Source: Acidimicrobiales bacterium
GTDB taxonomy: Bacteria > Actinomycetota > Acidimicrobiia > Acidimicrobiales > RAAP-2
DNA length: 33,026 nt
Direction: 5' to 3'
Assembly: GCA_036511635.1 (NCBI GenBank)
Contig: DATCBX010000025.1
Coordinates: 1-33,026 of the forward strand
In this document: positions 18,211 through 26,437 of the stretch, piece by piece
Numbering within the stretch: the first letter of the stretch is position 1
Layout: every line of letters starts with the position of its first letter
The notes under the pieces: generated by a model
Told to the model about the DNA's origin: nothing
Databases searched by the model: none
Seen by the model: the letters and a program-made list of their open reading frames with translations, nothing else
Translations under genes and position numbers: made by a program

Positions 18211-18666
18211 TTAGGCGCGGCCCTTGCCGCGAAGCTGGTTCTTGCCCGGAAACGGTGCCCCAGAGGGATCGGAGCGAACGGTGCGCTCGAGTGAGCGCAC
18301 GATCCATGAATTCACCGACGTTCCCACGTCGGTGGCGAGGTGCTCGATGCTGCCCTTGAGATCGTCGCTGAGTCGAAGCGCGATGCGCGCTGAGTAGTCG
18401 CTCGGCGAAGCGCTCTCCTCAGGGGTGAGCGCTACGAGGCGGGTCAGTCGAACGCCGTCTCCTTCGAAGGTCACGTTAAGAGGAGCTCCGTCGTGCAGGT
18501 TGAACTCCTGGACGAGGCTGTTAAGGGCGTCGAGGAAGTGCTTTTGCAGGGCTGGCTCGACCGCGGCGCCGAGTCGCTCAACAATTGCGGCGGTCTCGGG
18601 GCCCGCGAGTCCCGCCAGGTTCTTGAAGTCCTCGCGGATACTTTCGACAAAGTCTGATATCAACAT
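18211..18666 (-). CDS. Ribbon-helix-helix regulator (actinobacterial 'HicB-like antitoxin' type) paired with DUF4097
   Basis: C-terminal ARIALRLSDDLKGSIEHLATDVGTSVNSWIVRSL is an RHH signature; N-terminal helical domain; no hicA toxin nearby. Confidence 0.8.
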   Translation of the reverse strand: MLISDFVESIREDFKNLAGLAGPETAAIVERLGAAVEPALQKHFLDALNSLVQEFNLHDGAPLNVTFEGDGVRLTRLVALTPEESASPSDYSARIALRLSDDLKGSIEHLATDVGTSVNSWIVRSLERTVRSDPSGAPFPGKNQLRGKGRA

Positions 18667-18702
18667 GGCTGTAATATAACATCACTTTGATATCACTGTC
18701 AA
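18655..18702 (-). promoter_or_regulatory. Sigma-A promoter (leaderless) overlapped by a TGATATCA operator array
   Basis: TTGACA (18702-18697), an 18-bp spacer ending TGn, TATATT (18678-18673), 6 nt, then ATG. Boxes lie at 18655, 18666, 18677 and 18688 (11-bp period). Confidence 0.75.
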
Positions 18703-18785
18703 CTCACTCTTGAAGAAAATTGGTGAGAGCCGGTAGAACCCCAGTAGAACTAGAGGGAATCGACGATGAACGAGGGGCTTACCTG

Positions 18786-19754
18786 ATGAAAGCTGCTGTG
18801 TACTACGAGACGGGTGGCCCCGACGTCTTTCGCTACGAAGAGGTTCCTGACCCGGCGATGGCAGCGAGCGAGATCCTGATCAAGGTCGAGGCGGTCAGCA
18901 TCGAGGGTGGTGACACGCTCAATCGCCTTCAGGGCGAGATGAGCCACGTGCCCCATATCGTTGGCTACCAGTGCGCGGGAACTGTGCTGGAAATTGGCAG
19001 TGACGTCACTGATTTTGTTGTCGGCGACCGCGTCGTGACGGTGGGCGTGGATGGATCGCACGCGGAACTAAGGACGGCGAGCGCACCCTTCGCCTGGAAG
19101 ATTCCTGACGGCGTCTCAACGAATGACGCGGCCTGCGTGCCCGTGCCCTTTGGCACCGCGGACGACTGTCTCTTTGAGTTCGGTCACTTGGTGCGTGGCG
19201 AAACCGCCTTGATTCATGCCGGTGCTGGCGGTGTTGGGATCGCCGCAATTCAATTAGCTAAGCGAGCTGGGGCGCGCGTCTTTACAACGGCGTCGAGCGA
19301 CGAGAAACTCGAACGCCTAAGGGAACTCGGCGCTGACGAAGGCATCAACTACGTCACGAATGATTTCGTTGCCGAGTCGCGCCGACTAACCGACGGGCGG
19401 GGCGTCGACGTCATCGTTGACTCGGTCGGAGGGGTCACGCTGCAGGGGAGTCTCGATTCGCTCGCGTACCGCGGCCGGTGCGTGAGCGTCGGCGACGCGG
19501 GTCGAACTACCGCCGAGCGCGTTGATATATCGAAAATGCGGGGCAATAACCAAACGCTGTCGGGTTACTTTCTCGGCGCGGAGTTGTTTTTGTCGCCGCG
19601 CCCTCACGCGCTAATCGCCTCTCACCTCGACGCGATCGCCAAGGGCGAACTTCGCGTCATCATTGATCGTGTCTTTGCGCTCTCGGACGCCGAAGAGGCG
19701 CACGCCTATATTGAGAGCCGCAAATCCTTTGGCAGAGTCTTGTTGGTGCCGTAA
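18786..19754 (+). CDS. NADPH:quinone oxidoreductase / MDR family
   Basis: MKAAVYYETGGPDV, LIHAGAGGVG, GRGVDVIVDSVGG and AHAYIESRKSFGRVLLVP; no structural-Zn Cys cluster; ATG 18786 follows GAGGGG. Confidence 0.9.
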   Translation: MKAAVYYETGGPDVFRYEEVPDPAMAASEILIKVEAVSIEGGDTLNRLQGEMSHVPHIVGYQCAGTVLEIGSDVTDFVVGDRVVTVGVDGSHAELRTASAPFAWKIPDGVSTNDAACVPVPFGTADDCLFEFGHLVRGETALIHAGAGGVGIAAIQLAKRAGARVFTTASSDEKLERLRELGADEGINYVTNDFVAESRRLTDGRGVDVIVDSVGGVTLQGSLDSLAYRGRCVSVGDAGRTTAERVDISKMRGNNQTLSGYFLGAELFLSPRPHALIASHLDAIAKGELRVIIDRVFALSDAEEAHAYIESRKSFGRVLLVP

Positions 19755-19765
19755 CAACAACGACG

Positions 19766-19792
19766 ACTGACGCGGCCCATCGCGTAGTTTTT
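19766..19792 (+). terminator. Possible intrinsic terminator
   Basis: ACT-g-ACGCG-gcccat-CGCGT-AGT stem followed by TTTT. Confidence 0.4.
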
Positions 19793-19812
19793 GAGACACC
19801 TAACTGATAGAG

Positions 19813-20748
19813 ATGCCAATGAGTTCAAGTTCACTTATCGTCAGCGTGCCCGATGCACGGCTTCGAGACGCCCTAGGACCACTTCCTGCGGGTGTGGAAA
19901 TAATTGAGTGGGATATGAACGGACCGGCGCCCACGTCGAGCATCGATATCGTTGTCCCACCGTACATGCGACCGAGGTCGATTCTTCAACTCCTCGATGG
20001 TGTGACGACGCGTCTGGTGCAGAGCCAAGTACTTGGTTACGACGGTGTCAAGGAGGAGTTACCGAAGGGCCACGTCTACGCGAACGCGGTCACGGTGCAC
20101 GAAGCATCCACGGCCGAACTCGCCCTTGCACTAATCCTGGCGTCCCAACGAGGTATCGCTGACTTCGTACGTGCCGCCGAAAAGGGCGAGTGGCGACCGC
20201 GCCCGTACCCGAGTTTGGCCGATAGATCAGTGTTGCTTGTTGGCTACGGTGGCGTCGGTAAAGCCATTGAAGCTCGCCTGCTTCCTTTTGAGACGAGTGT
20301 CACGCGTGTTGCCTCAAGCGAACGAGTCGACGAGCGCGGCACGATCTACGCTCTTTCGGCGTTGCCCGAGCTTCTGCCTGAGGCGGACATCGTCGTCATT
20401 GGCGTACCGCTCACGCCGTCGACGACGCACCTCGTGAATGACGCCTTCCTCTCACTCATGCGCGACCAGAGTCTTCTCGTGAACATCGCGCGCGGACTTG
20501 TTGCGGACACCGACGCACTGCTCGCTCACGCTCAGTCGGGAAGGTTACGCCTCGCACTCGACGTTACCGATCCTGAACCCCTTCCGGAAGGGCACCCGCT
20601 TTTCTCATTACCCAACGTGTTGATTTCACCTCACGTCGGCGGCGCGACCAGTGCAATGTTGCCTCGAATGGCCCGGCTACTTCGCGAACAGATCGAAAGA
20701 ATGCAGCGCGGTGACGAACCCTTAAACGTGGTGGTTCGCAGCATTTGA
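19813..20748 (+). CDS. D-isomer-specific 2-hydroxyacid dehydrogenase
   Basis: LLVGYGGVG, PLTPST, LVNIARG, ALDVTDPEPLP and SPHVGG (R/E/H catalytic set). Confidence 0.92.
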   Translation: MPMSSSSLIVSVPDARLRDALGPLPAGVEIIEWDMNGPAPTSSIDIVVPPYMRPRSILQLLDGVTTRLVQSQVLGYDGVKEELPKGHVYANAVTVHEASTAELALALILASQRGIADFVRAAEKGEWRPRPYPSLADRSVLLVGYGGVGKAIEARLLPFETSVTRVASSERVDERGTIYALSALPELLPEADIVVIGVPLTPSTTHLVNDAFLSLMRDQSLLVNIARGLVADTDALLAHAQSGRLRLALDVTDPEPLPEGHPLFSLPNVLISPHVGGATSAMLPRMARLLREQIERMQRGDEPLNVVVRSI

Positions 20749-20797
20749 AACGCCGCTGGCCTCCAGCCCTCTCGCTCGCTCTCGCTCGGGAATTGTC

Positions 20798-21859
20798 GTG
20801 TCAGCACTCCCCGACGACGTAGCCGACCCGCCGCCGCGCGTGGGCGTCATGGCCGCCATGGACAAATTTCGAGGAACGGCGTCCGCGAGGGCACTGAGTG
20901 ACGTTGTCGCGCGAGCCGTCGATCGTCAAGGTTGTGCCTCGGATGCGCAACCAATGTCTGATGGTGGCGAGGGTTTCCGTGAGGTCTTTGACGGTGTCAC
21001 GACGATCGTCAACGTCGCTGGACCTCTGGGCGACGTCGTCCAAGCAGGGGTCACGTTGCGTCACACGCTGACGGGTGTCGTTGGCTTTATTGAAGTAGCC
21101 GAAGCTGCGGGCCGTGACTACGTGAGGTCACCGTCAAGCGATGAAGCGCTCGCGACGTCAAGCGTCGGTGTTGGACAATTGATTTTGGCGGCGTCGCAGT
21201 TGGGCGCCGAGAGAATAGTCATTGGCTGTGGGGGATCGGCGACGTCGGACGGAGGACTGGGCTGTTACCAAGTGCTTCGCGACGCCGGCGGTTTGCCCGT
21301 CCCGGTCGTCGCCGCAACCGACGTCAGATCCAGGTTCCTTGACGCGCGGAATTTCGCCGAGCAAAAAGGGGTAAGCGCCGCTGACCTCCACGTTGTTGAT
21401 CTACGACTTAACGAGGCGCGTGCGCTGTACGTCAAGGAGCAAGGCGTTGACGTTGAACTTCTTGATCGCTCCGGCGCAGCCGGCGGTATTGCGGGCGCGC
21501 TGGCTGCCCTCGGTGGCGTGCTCACGAGCGGATTCGACGCCGTTGCCGATGCCGTTGGTCTGCGGGAGCGAATTGCTCGCTCGTCGCTGGTCGTAACGGG
21601 CGAAGGCCGGTTCGACCTCGGAAGCCTCGAAGGAAAGGTCATTATCGGCATCGCCGGCTTGACTGATCACGCGGCGCGATTACTCGTCGTGTGCGGCGAG
21701 GTCGTGCTCGAAGCGCTTGACGCGTTCGAGCGTCACTATCCCAACGCAAAGGTCGTAAGTCTTAGTGATCGATACGGCGTGAGCGCGGCGATGAGTGAGA
21801 CCCTCAACTGTGTTGACGAGGTCGTGACTAGCGAAGTTCTGGATTTTCTAAAGACGTAG
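20798..21859 (+). CDS. glxK: Glycerate kinase (class I, GlxK/GarK family)
   Basis: A.DKFRGT, PMSDGGEG, IGCGGSATSDGG.G, QKG, GAAGG and VTGEGRFD..SL.GKV; start uncertain. Confidence 0.88.
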   Translation: MSALPDDVADPPPRVGVMAAMDKFRGTASARALSDVVARAVDRQGCASDAQPMSDGGEGFREVFDGVTTIVNVAGPLGDVVQAGVTLRHTLTGVVGFIEVAEAAGRDYVRSPSSDEALATSSVGVGQLILAASQLGAERIVIGCGGSATSDGGLGCYQVLRDAGGLPVPVVAATDVRSRFLDARNFAEQKGVSAADLHVVDLRLNEARALYVKEQGVDVELLDRSGAAGGIAGALAALGGVLTSGFDAVADAVGLRERIARSSLVVTGEGRFDLGSLEGKVIIGIAGLTDHAARLLVVCGEVVLEALDAFERHYPNAKVVSLSDRYGVSAAMSETLNCVDEVVTSEVLDFLKT

Positions 21860-22775
21860 AGCGCGTGGAACGTATCGAGTCCTCGGTTGGTTGAGTGACG
21901 CGTTCAACCGCGGCGTCAACTTCACCGCCAATCAGTATCGCGAGACCCGTGAGGTAGAGCCAGAAAATCAGAATCGCAACGCCGGCGAAGGCGCCGTAGG
22001 TCCGTCCATAGGCGTCGAAGCTCGACGTGTAGAAGGAAAAGACGAGCGAGACAAGGGCCCACACAACCGTCGCGAAGAGTGCGCCCAGACTCGTCCATCG
22101 CCACTGCGCGCGAGGGCGATTAGGGGCAACGTAGTACAGCAACGACATCAACAGATTCATCAGCGTCAGCGCAATAACCCAACGAAGAGCCGTCCAGACC
22201 GCGCTGAACGCGGCCCCACCGATGGGCGCCGTGTCCTTTATGAGGCTTCCTATCTGGGGACCAAAGATGACGAGCGCTGAGGCCGCGCCACCGAGCAGCG
22301 TTGCTCCAAGAAGAAGCGGCATCGCTACCGCGCGCTTTTGAAGAAACGAGCGATCCAACGAGAGTCCAAAGGCCATGTCTAAGCCTTCTTCGACAATGAC
22401 CATGCCCGAGGTCGCGCTCCATAGCGCGACAACACTGGCTGCGATGGTGGCCCAGAGATCGGCGTGGGCGTGATTGATGGCGTGCGAAATCGCGCCCGTG
22501 AACACGACCGCCGCGCCCGACGGTAAGGATTTCGTGACGCCATTGATAAGGCTTATGACCACGTGACTCGGCAACGTAATGAGCGTCGCAATTCCTAGTA
22601 GGGCAATGATGATCGGGAAAATGGCCAAAAACCAGCGGTAGGCGAAGGCGCCCGCCGCCATATTGACCCTGTTGCTTTTCATGTTCGCCAGCGTGGAGTG
22701 AAGAACTTCCCTCCACGATCGAGCGAGCGTCGTCTCTTCATCACTGAGTCGCCGTTCGACCGCTTGACGGTCCAT
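21828..22775 (-). CDS. YihY / BrkB-family membrane protein
   Basis: AGAFAYRWFLAIFP, ALWSATSG, LYYVAPN and YG.TYGAFAGV.ILIFWLYL....ILIGGE. The ATG at 22775 overlaps the NRAMP stop (TGATG). Confidence 0.9.
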   Translation of the reverse strand: MDRQAVERRLSDEETTLARSWREVLHSTLANMKSNRVNMAAGAFAYRWFLAIFPIIIALLGIATLITLPSHVVISLINGVTKSLPSGAAVVFTGAISHAINHAHADLWATIAASVVALWSATSGMVIVEEGLDMAFGLSLDRSFLQKRAVAMPLLLGATLLGGAASALVIFGPQIGSLIKDTAPIGGAAFSAVWTALRWVIALTLMNLLMSLLYYVAPNRPRAQWRWTSLGALFATVVWALVSLVFSFYTSSFDAYGRTYGAFAGVAILIFWLYLTGLAILIGGEVDAAVERVTQPTEDSIRSTRSTSLENPELR

Positions 22776-24106
22776 CAAAGGGAGAGACCTCCGGTCGCGA
22801 ACAACGCGATTGACGCCCCTGCCATGATCGCGAACGTGAGCCAACCGAGAAACTTGGCTACACGACCATTGACGTAGTCGCCCATAATGCTTCGATTACT
22901 CGACACGATCAACACCACGATAAGCAATGGCGCGGCGATGACGCCGTTGATGACCGCGACGAAGACCAACAACTTGATGGGATTGACGTTCAAGATGCTG
23001 AGCGCCATTCCTCCAATCGTGCCGACGCCGACCAAGAGATAAAACAGTGGCGCCTCGCGGATTGAACGAGAAAATCCCCACTCCTTTCCGAGTAGCCCGA
23101 CCATCCCAAAGGACCCCGACGCGGCGAGTACGGGCACGGCGAGAAATCCACTGCCGATGAAGCCCAGCGCAAAGATCGTGCTGGCCAGTGGCCCCGCGAA
23201 GGGTTTTAGCGCTGTTGCCGCCTGAGCGGCGCTTTGGATGTTGGTGACGTTGTGCACGTGCAGCGTCTCGGCCGTCGTGGCAATGATCGCGAACATTACG
23301 ACGTTGGAAAAGGCCATGCCCGAGAACACGTCGAATCGACTCGTTCGCTCCTTTAGCGCCGCCATTGACTTGCTGCGCATCCCGAGCGGCACGGGACTCG
23401 GACCACCTCGTGGCTCGTCGCGCATCTCTTCAAGACGGTTAGCACTCTGCCAGAAGAAGAGGTAAGGAGAGATGGTGGTGCCAAGAAGTGCTACGAGTAG
23501 TGCGATGTAACCCTTGTTGAATTGAAGATGAGGGATCACGGTGTAGCTGAGCACTCGAAGCCAGTGGTGCGTGACGATGACCGCAACGATGAGATACACC
23601 ACGAGTACCGCCGCCAATGCTCTAAAGACAATGGCGATACGAGCGAAACTGCCTTTGACTAAGAGGACGGAGATGACGACACCCGCAACGAGAGCCCAGA
23701 TCCACGGCGGACCCGCGTGGAGCAGTTTCATTCCCGAGCCAATCGCAACGAGGTCCGCGGCGATATTGAGAGTATTGGCAATTATCAAGATGCTCAGTAA
23801 TACGTGGATAACGATTTGGCCCAGTCGATCGAAACGAGTCCTCGCTAATTCACCCAGCCCTTCGCCAGTCGCGAGCGCCGTGCGGTCACATATTTCTTGG
23901 ACGGCGGCCATGAGCGGATAGGTGAGAAGAGCAGTCCATAAGAACGACAGACCGTACTTTGATCCAGCTTGGGCGTACGTGGCGATGCCGGACGGATCGT
24001 CGTCGGACGCTCCGGTGATAAGACCTGGTCCCATGGAGCGCAGATACTGACGCCACATCGGGCCAGTTCCTTCCCGATTTTTTCTTGACTTTCTGATGTT
24101 CGCCAT
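22775..24106 (-). CDS. NRAMP-family divalent metal transporter (DDDPSGIATY clade)
   Basis: GPGLITGASDDDPSGIATYAQAG, NIAADL, LGTTISPYLFFWQ and multiple TM helices. Confidence 0.92.
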   Translation of the reverse strand: MANIRKSRKNREGTGPMWRQYLRSMGPGLITGASDDDPSGIATYAQAGSKYGLSFLWTALLTYPLMAAVQEICDRTALATGEGLGELARTRFDRLGQIVIHVLLSILIIANTLNIAADLVAIGSGMKLLHAGPPWIWALVAGVVISVLLVKGSFARIAIVFRALAAVLVVYLIVAVIVTHHWLRVLSYTVIPHLQFNKGYIALLVALLGTTISPYLFFWQSANRLEEMRDEPRGGPSPVPLGMRSKSMAALKERTSRFDVFSGMAFSNVVMFAIIATTAETLHVHNVTNIQSAAQAATALKPFAGPLASTIFALGFIGSGFLAVPVLAASGSFGMVGLLGKEWGFSRSIREAPLFYLLVGVGTIGGMALSILNVNPIKLLVFVAVINGVIAAPLLIVVLIVSSNRSIMGDYVNGRVAKFLGWLTFAIMAGASIALFATGGLSL

Positions 24107-24214
24107 TGTCTTAGGACTTTAAATCAAGTGTCACCACACACGGGGAGGTCGTGATGACCGACGCACCGTCACTGGTCGCCACACTTCGAGACCTGAGTGA
24201 ACCGAGAAGAAACG

Positions 24215-25306
24215 TCAGCTCGCGCTCATCTCCCAAGGAACCAATGATGAGCGGTTCTTGGACCAAGCGTCGAGAAGATGCGCGCCGAAGCGCTGCTCGA
24301 GCATGAGTACCGCGCTCGCGCCAAAGAGCAAGTCCGCTCCGAGCAGCGGTTCGGCATTAACTAAGCCAGCGACCATGCGGTCGCGAGCGATTTCCGCGTG
24401 GCGTTCGTCGATCTCGGCGTGTACGTCGTAGAAACGTCGACCCTCGGGGCCAACGCCGTGACGCTCGAGCGCTTGGGCGTATCGTCCCATTGGCTCGGCC
24501 GAGGTCATTTCAAAGACCGCGAGGTGTCCAACCAGTGCCGCGCGCCAGCGCCGGTGGAACGCGAACATCGAAACCAGGTTGACCGTCGACAAGGTCACAC
24601 CGGGGAGGATTTCGATGTAGGAACCGTGCGAAGGGTCAAGACCAAGCGCGGTCATCGTGTTGCCAAAGAGTGTGGAGTGCATTTCAGCAGCGTTGCCCGA
24701 TCCGTACTCGTCGTACTGGATCTGGGCCATGGCCGCTTTGGCTTCGCCGGTAAGTCGGGGAATACCGAACGTATGGGGGTCGGCTTCCTTTAACTGGTAG
24801 GCGGAGCGATGCACACAGAATTCGCGCATCTGCTCGAGCGTTCCCGTCGCGCTGAGGTACATCGAGAGCGACGGGTCGGAGCTTTGAATCAACTCATCGA
24901 GTGCGGGAGCCACTTCGTGGGGGTATCGAGTGACGCTCGCGCCGACTTCATCGCGCAGTCGATTCTCAAAGACGTGCTCAAGTTCCGCGCGAAAACGCAA
25001 CAGTCCTGGATCCCACTCCCAGTCGGCGTCAGCCAAACCGCGGTAGTGCACCTCGTAACAAAGGTAGAGAGCCAACTCAAAGTCGTTGTCGCTCAGTGCG
25101 TCAACACCTGAGACCGGCGGCGTAATGCCCAACGTCCCCGGTTGGCGCTGGAGCGCCGAAATCACTGACGCACTGAGCGGCCCACGAGGCCAGGGGAGGA
25201 GAGGCCAGTCTGACGGCGCACGCAGCGACGTGACGGCACCGCCGTCGCGAGTAGTTGTTGACAGCGGCGGGAGTATTGGCCTTGTTGTGGCGTCGAACTT
25301 AGTCAC
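24215..25306 (-). CDS. Iron-containing redox enzyme (heme-oxygenase-like diiron oxidase, HDO)
   Basis: HRSAYQLKEADPH, QYDEYGSG....MH, AVFEMTS and YDVHAEIDERH give the E/H/E/H/D/H diiron ligand pattern; LALYLCYEVHYRG N-terminal domain. Confidence 0.85.
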   Translation of the reverse strand: MTKFDATTRPILPPLSTTTRDGGAVTSLRAPSDWPLLPWPRGPLSASVISALQRQPGTLGITPPVSGVDALSDNDFELALYLCYEVHYRGLADADWEWDPGLLRFRAELEHVFENRLRDEVGASVTRYPHEVAPALDELIQSSDPSLSMYLSATGTLEQMREFCVHRSAYQLKEADPHTFGIPRLTGEAKAAMAQIQYDEYGSGNAAEMHSTLFGNTMTALGLDPSHGSYIEILPGVTLSTVNLVSMFAFHRRWRAALVGHLAVFEMTSAEPMGRYAQALERHGVGPEGRRFYDVHAEIDERHAEIARDRMVAGLVNAEPLLGADLLFGASAVLMLEQRFGAHLLDAWSKNRSSLVPWEMSAS

Positions 25307-25357
25307 GTCGCGTCACTTCCTCTAAGGAGCGAGCGCAATGCCAATTGGAGATACGTT

Positions 25358-25435
25358 TCAACCTTCACCGAGAACGACCAACCAATTCACGTCGGGGGCC
25401 ACGGGTTTTTGACGACCTTCGGTGGTGAAGTTCAT
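25358..25435 (-). CDS. Possible 25-aa peptide MNFTTEGRQKPVAPDVNWLVVLGEG (longer in-frame starts at 25516 and 25630 possible)
   Basis: ATG preceded by GAGGGTGAG; stop 51 nt before the HDO start; no recognisable family. Confidence 0.3.
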   Translation of the reverse strand: MNFTTEGRQKPVAPDVNWLVVLGEG

Positions 25436-25568
25436 GAACTCACCCTCGACCATGCTGAATCGCGACGCCGACGACAGCGACGCTCGATGCTGATCGGGTA
25501 GTACTGATGAATCCATGTCTCGAGGCGCGACGTAGTCCGGCGTGTCGTCGCCTGTACGCGGGTTTTCG

Positions 25569-25640
25569 CCGTCGACAGGAACCAAGGGGGGGCCGGTGAT
25601 CCCTGTCGACGGACGGACTGTGGCGCCCATTTTGGGCACA
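25569..25640 (-). terminator. Tandem hairpins downstream of csbD
   Basis: GTGCCCA-aaa-TGGGCGC just after the csbD stop, then a perfect 11-bp inverted repeat CCGTCGACAGG (25569-25579) / CCTGTCGACGG (25602-25612). Confidence 0.45.
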
Positions 25641-25646
25641 GGCAAC

Positions 25647-25820
25647 TTATCTTTTGAACGCATCCTTGACCTTTTCACCGGCCTGGCTCAGGTTGGCCTT
25701 ACTTTGGTCAACTCTTCCTTCGGTCTCGAGTTGTTGGTCTCCGGTTAGTGCGCCGGCAACTTCCTTCGCCTTGCCCTTGGCTTGCTTCACTGCATTGTGG
25801 GCCTTGTCTCTATGACTCAT
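25647..25820 (-). CDS. csbD: CsbD-family general stress protein (57 aa)
   Basis: Below the ORF-track cutoff: MSHRDKAHNAVKQAKGKAKEVAGALTGDQQLETEGRVDQSKANLSQAGEKVKDAFKR*, with RBS GAGAAGGA. Confidence 0.92.
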   Translation of the reverse strand: MSHRDKAHNAVKQAKGKAKEVAGALTGDQQLETEGRVDQSKANLSQAGEKVKDAFKR

Positions 25821-25984
25821 CGTTAGTCCTTCTCTCTTTTTAGACGAAGAGGTGATTTCCTCTTCCCTCGTGTCAACATTCGAACTTCGTTTTTGTGACC
25901 TCGACGACTCGAAGAGAAGACGTGGTCCGTTGTTGCGCCACTCCAGCGTCGCTAGAAGCGGCCGCGTTGCGCGCCATCAGGTTC

Positions 25985-26056
25985 TTACCGCCTCACTAGA
26001 AAGACAATGAGAATGATGACAAGAATCAAGACAACTGTTCCGCCTCCTATAAACAT
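25985..26056 (-). CDS. 23-aa single-pass membrane peptide MFIGGGTVVLILVIILIVFLVRR
   Basis: Clean ATG-to-TAA frame encoding one hydrophobic helix ending in RR (positive-inside); co-oriented with the cluster. Confidence 0.7.
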   Translation of the reverse strand: MFIGGGTVVLILVIILIVFLVRR

Positions 26057-26173
26057 TGCGCGTACTCGTTTCTAAGCCCAGTCACGTGTTCTTGACCGAC
26101 GGCTCGTCGTTGGGGGAGTGGTGCTGTTGCTACTGCAGTAAATAGCGATATCGAGAGCATTCGTTGGGCGTCG

Positions 26174-26437
26174 TTACTTTGAGTCTTCGTGGACGGAGCT
26201 CGAATTGCCCGCAGAGTCGGTGACCTGACGGTTCATCTCGTGACTGCTCGTACGACCTGGACCTCGTGAGACGGCGAAGATAATTGCCGAGACGACGAAA
26301 CCAAATCCACCGACAATCATGAGAATGACCCCCACTGTCGAAAGTCGAAAACCCGTACCTTGATAGGTAACGGCCCAGTACATAATTGCGCCGACGGCAG
26401 CTGCTATGGCGCTTAACACCATTCCGGGAAGACCCAT
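26174..26437 (-). CDS. Small two-TM membrane protein, DUF6458-like
   Basis: MGLPG..L.AIAAAVGAIMYWAV....GFRLSTVGVILMIVG..G..VS followed by a polar tail; RBS AGAAGG. Confidence 0.75.
   Translation of the reverse strand: MGLPGMVLSAIAAAVGAIMYWAVTYQGTGFRLSTVGVILMIVGGFGFVVSAIIFAVSRGPGRTSSHEMNRQVTDSAGNSSSVHEDSK

Noticed and set aside
18211-18666. HicAB toxin-antitoxin system
   Set aside because: No HicA-like ORF on either side; the partner gene is DUF4097.
20769-20790. Short CTCG/CTCTCG tandem run
   Set aside because: Only about 20 bp of low-complexity sequence with no evident function.
24107-24214. yybP-ykoY Mn riboswitch upstream of NRAMP
   Set aside because: GTCATCACG is present, but the GGGGAGUA-type element and four-way architecture are missing on the coding strand.
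25358-25678. 106-aa ORF as given in the track
   Set aside because: Its 5' part overlaps csbD and runs through the two downstream hairpins; at most the 3' part is plausible.
25873-25977. 34-aa ORF MARNAAASS...KFEC (and a 37-aa ORF near 26047-26160)
   Set aside because: Weak or absent RBS, no compositional or family signal.
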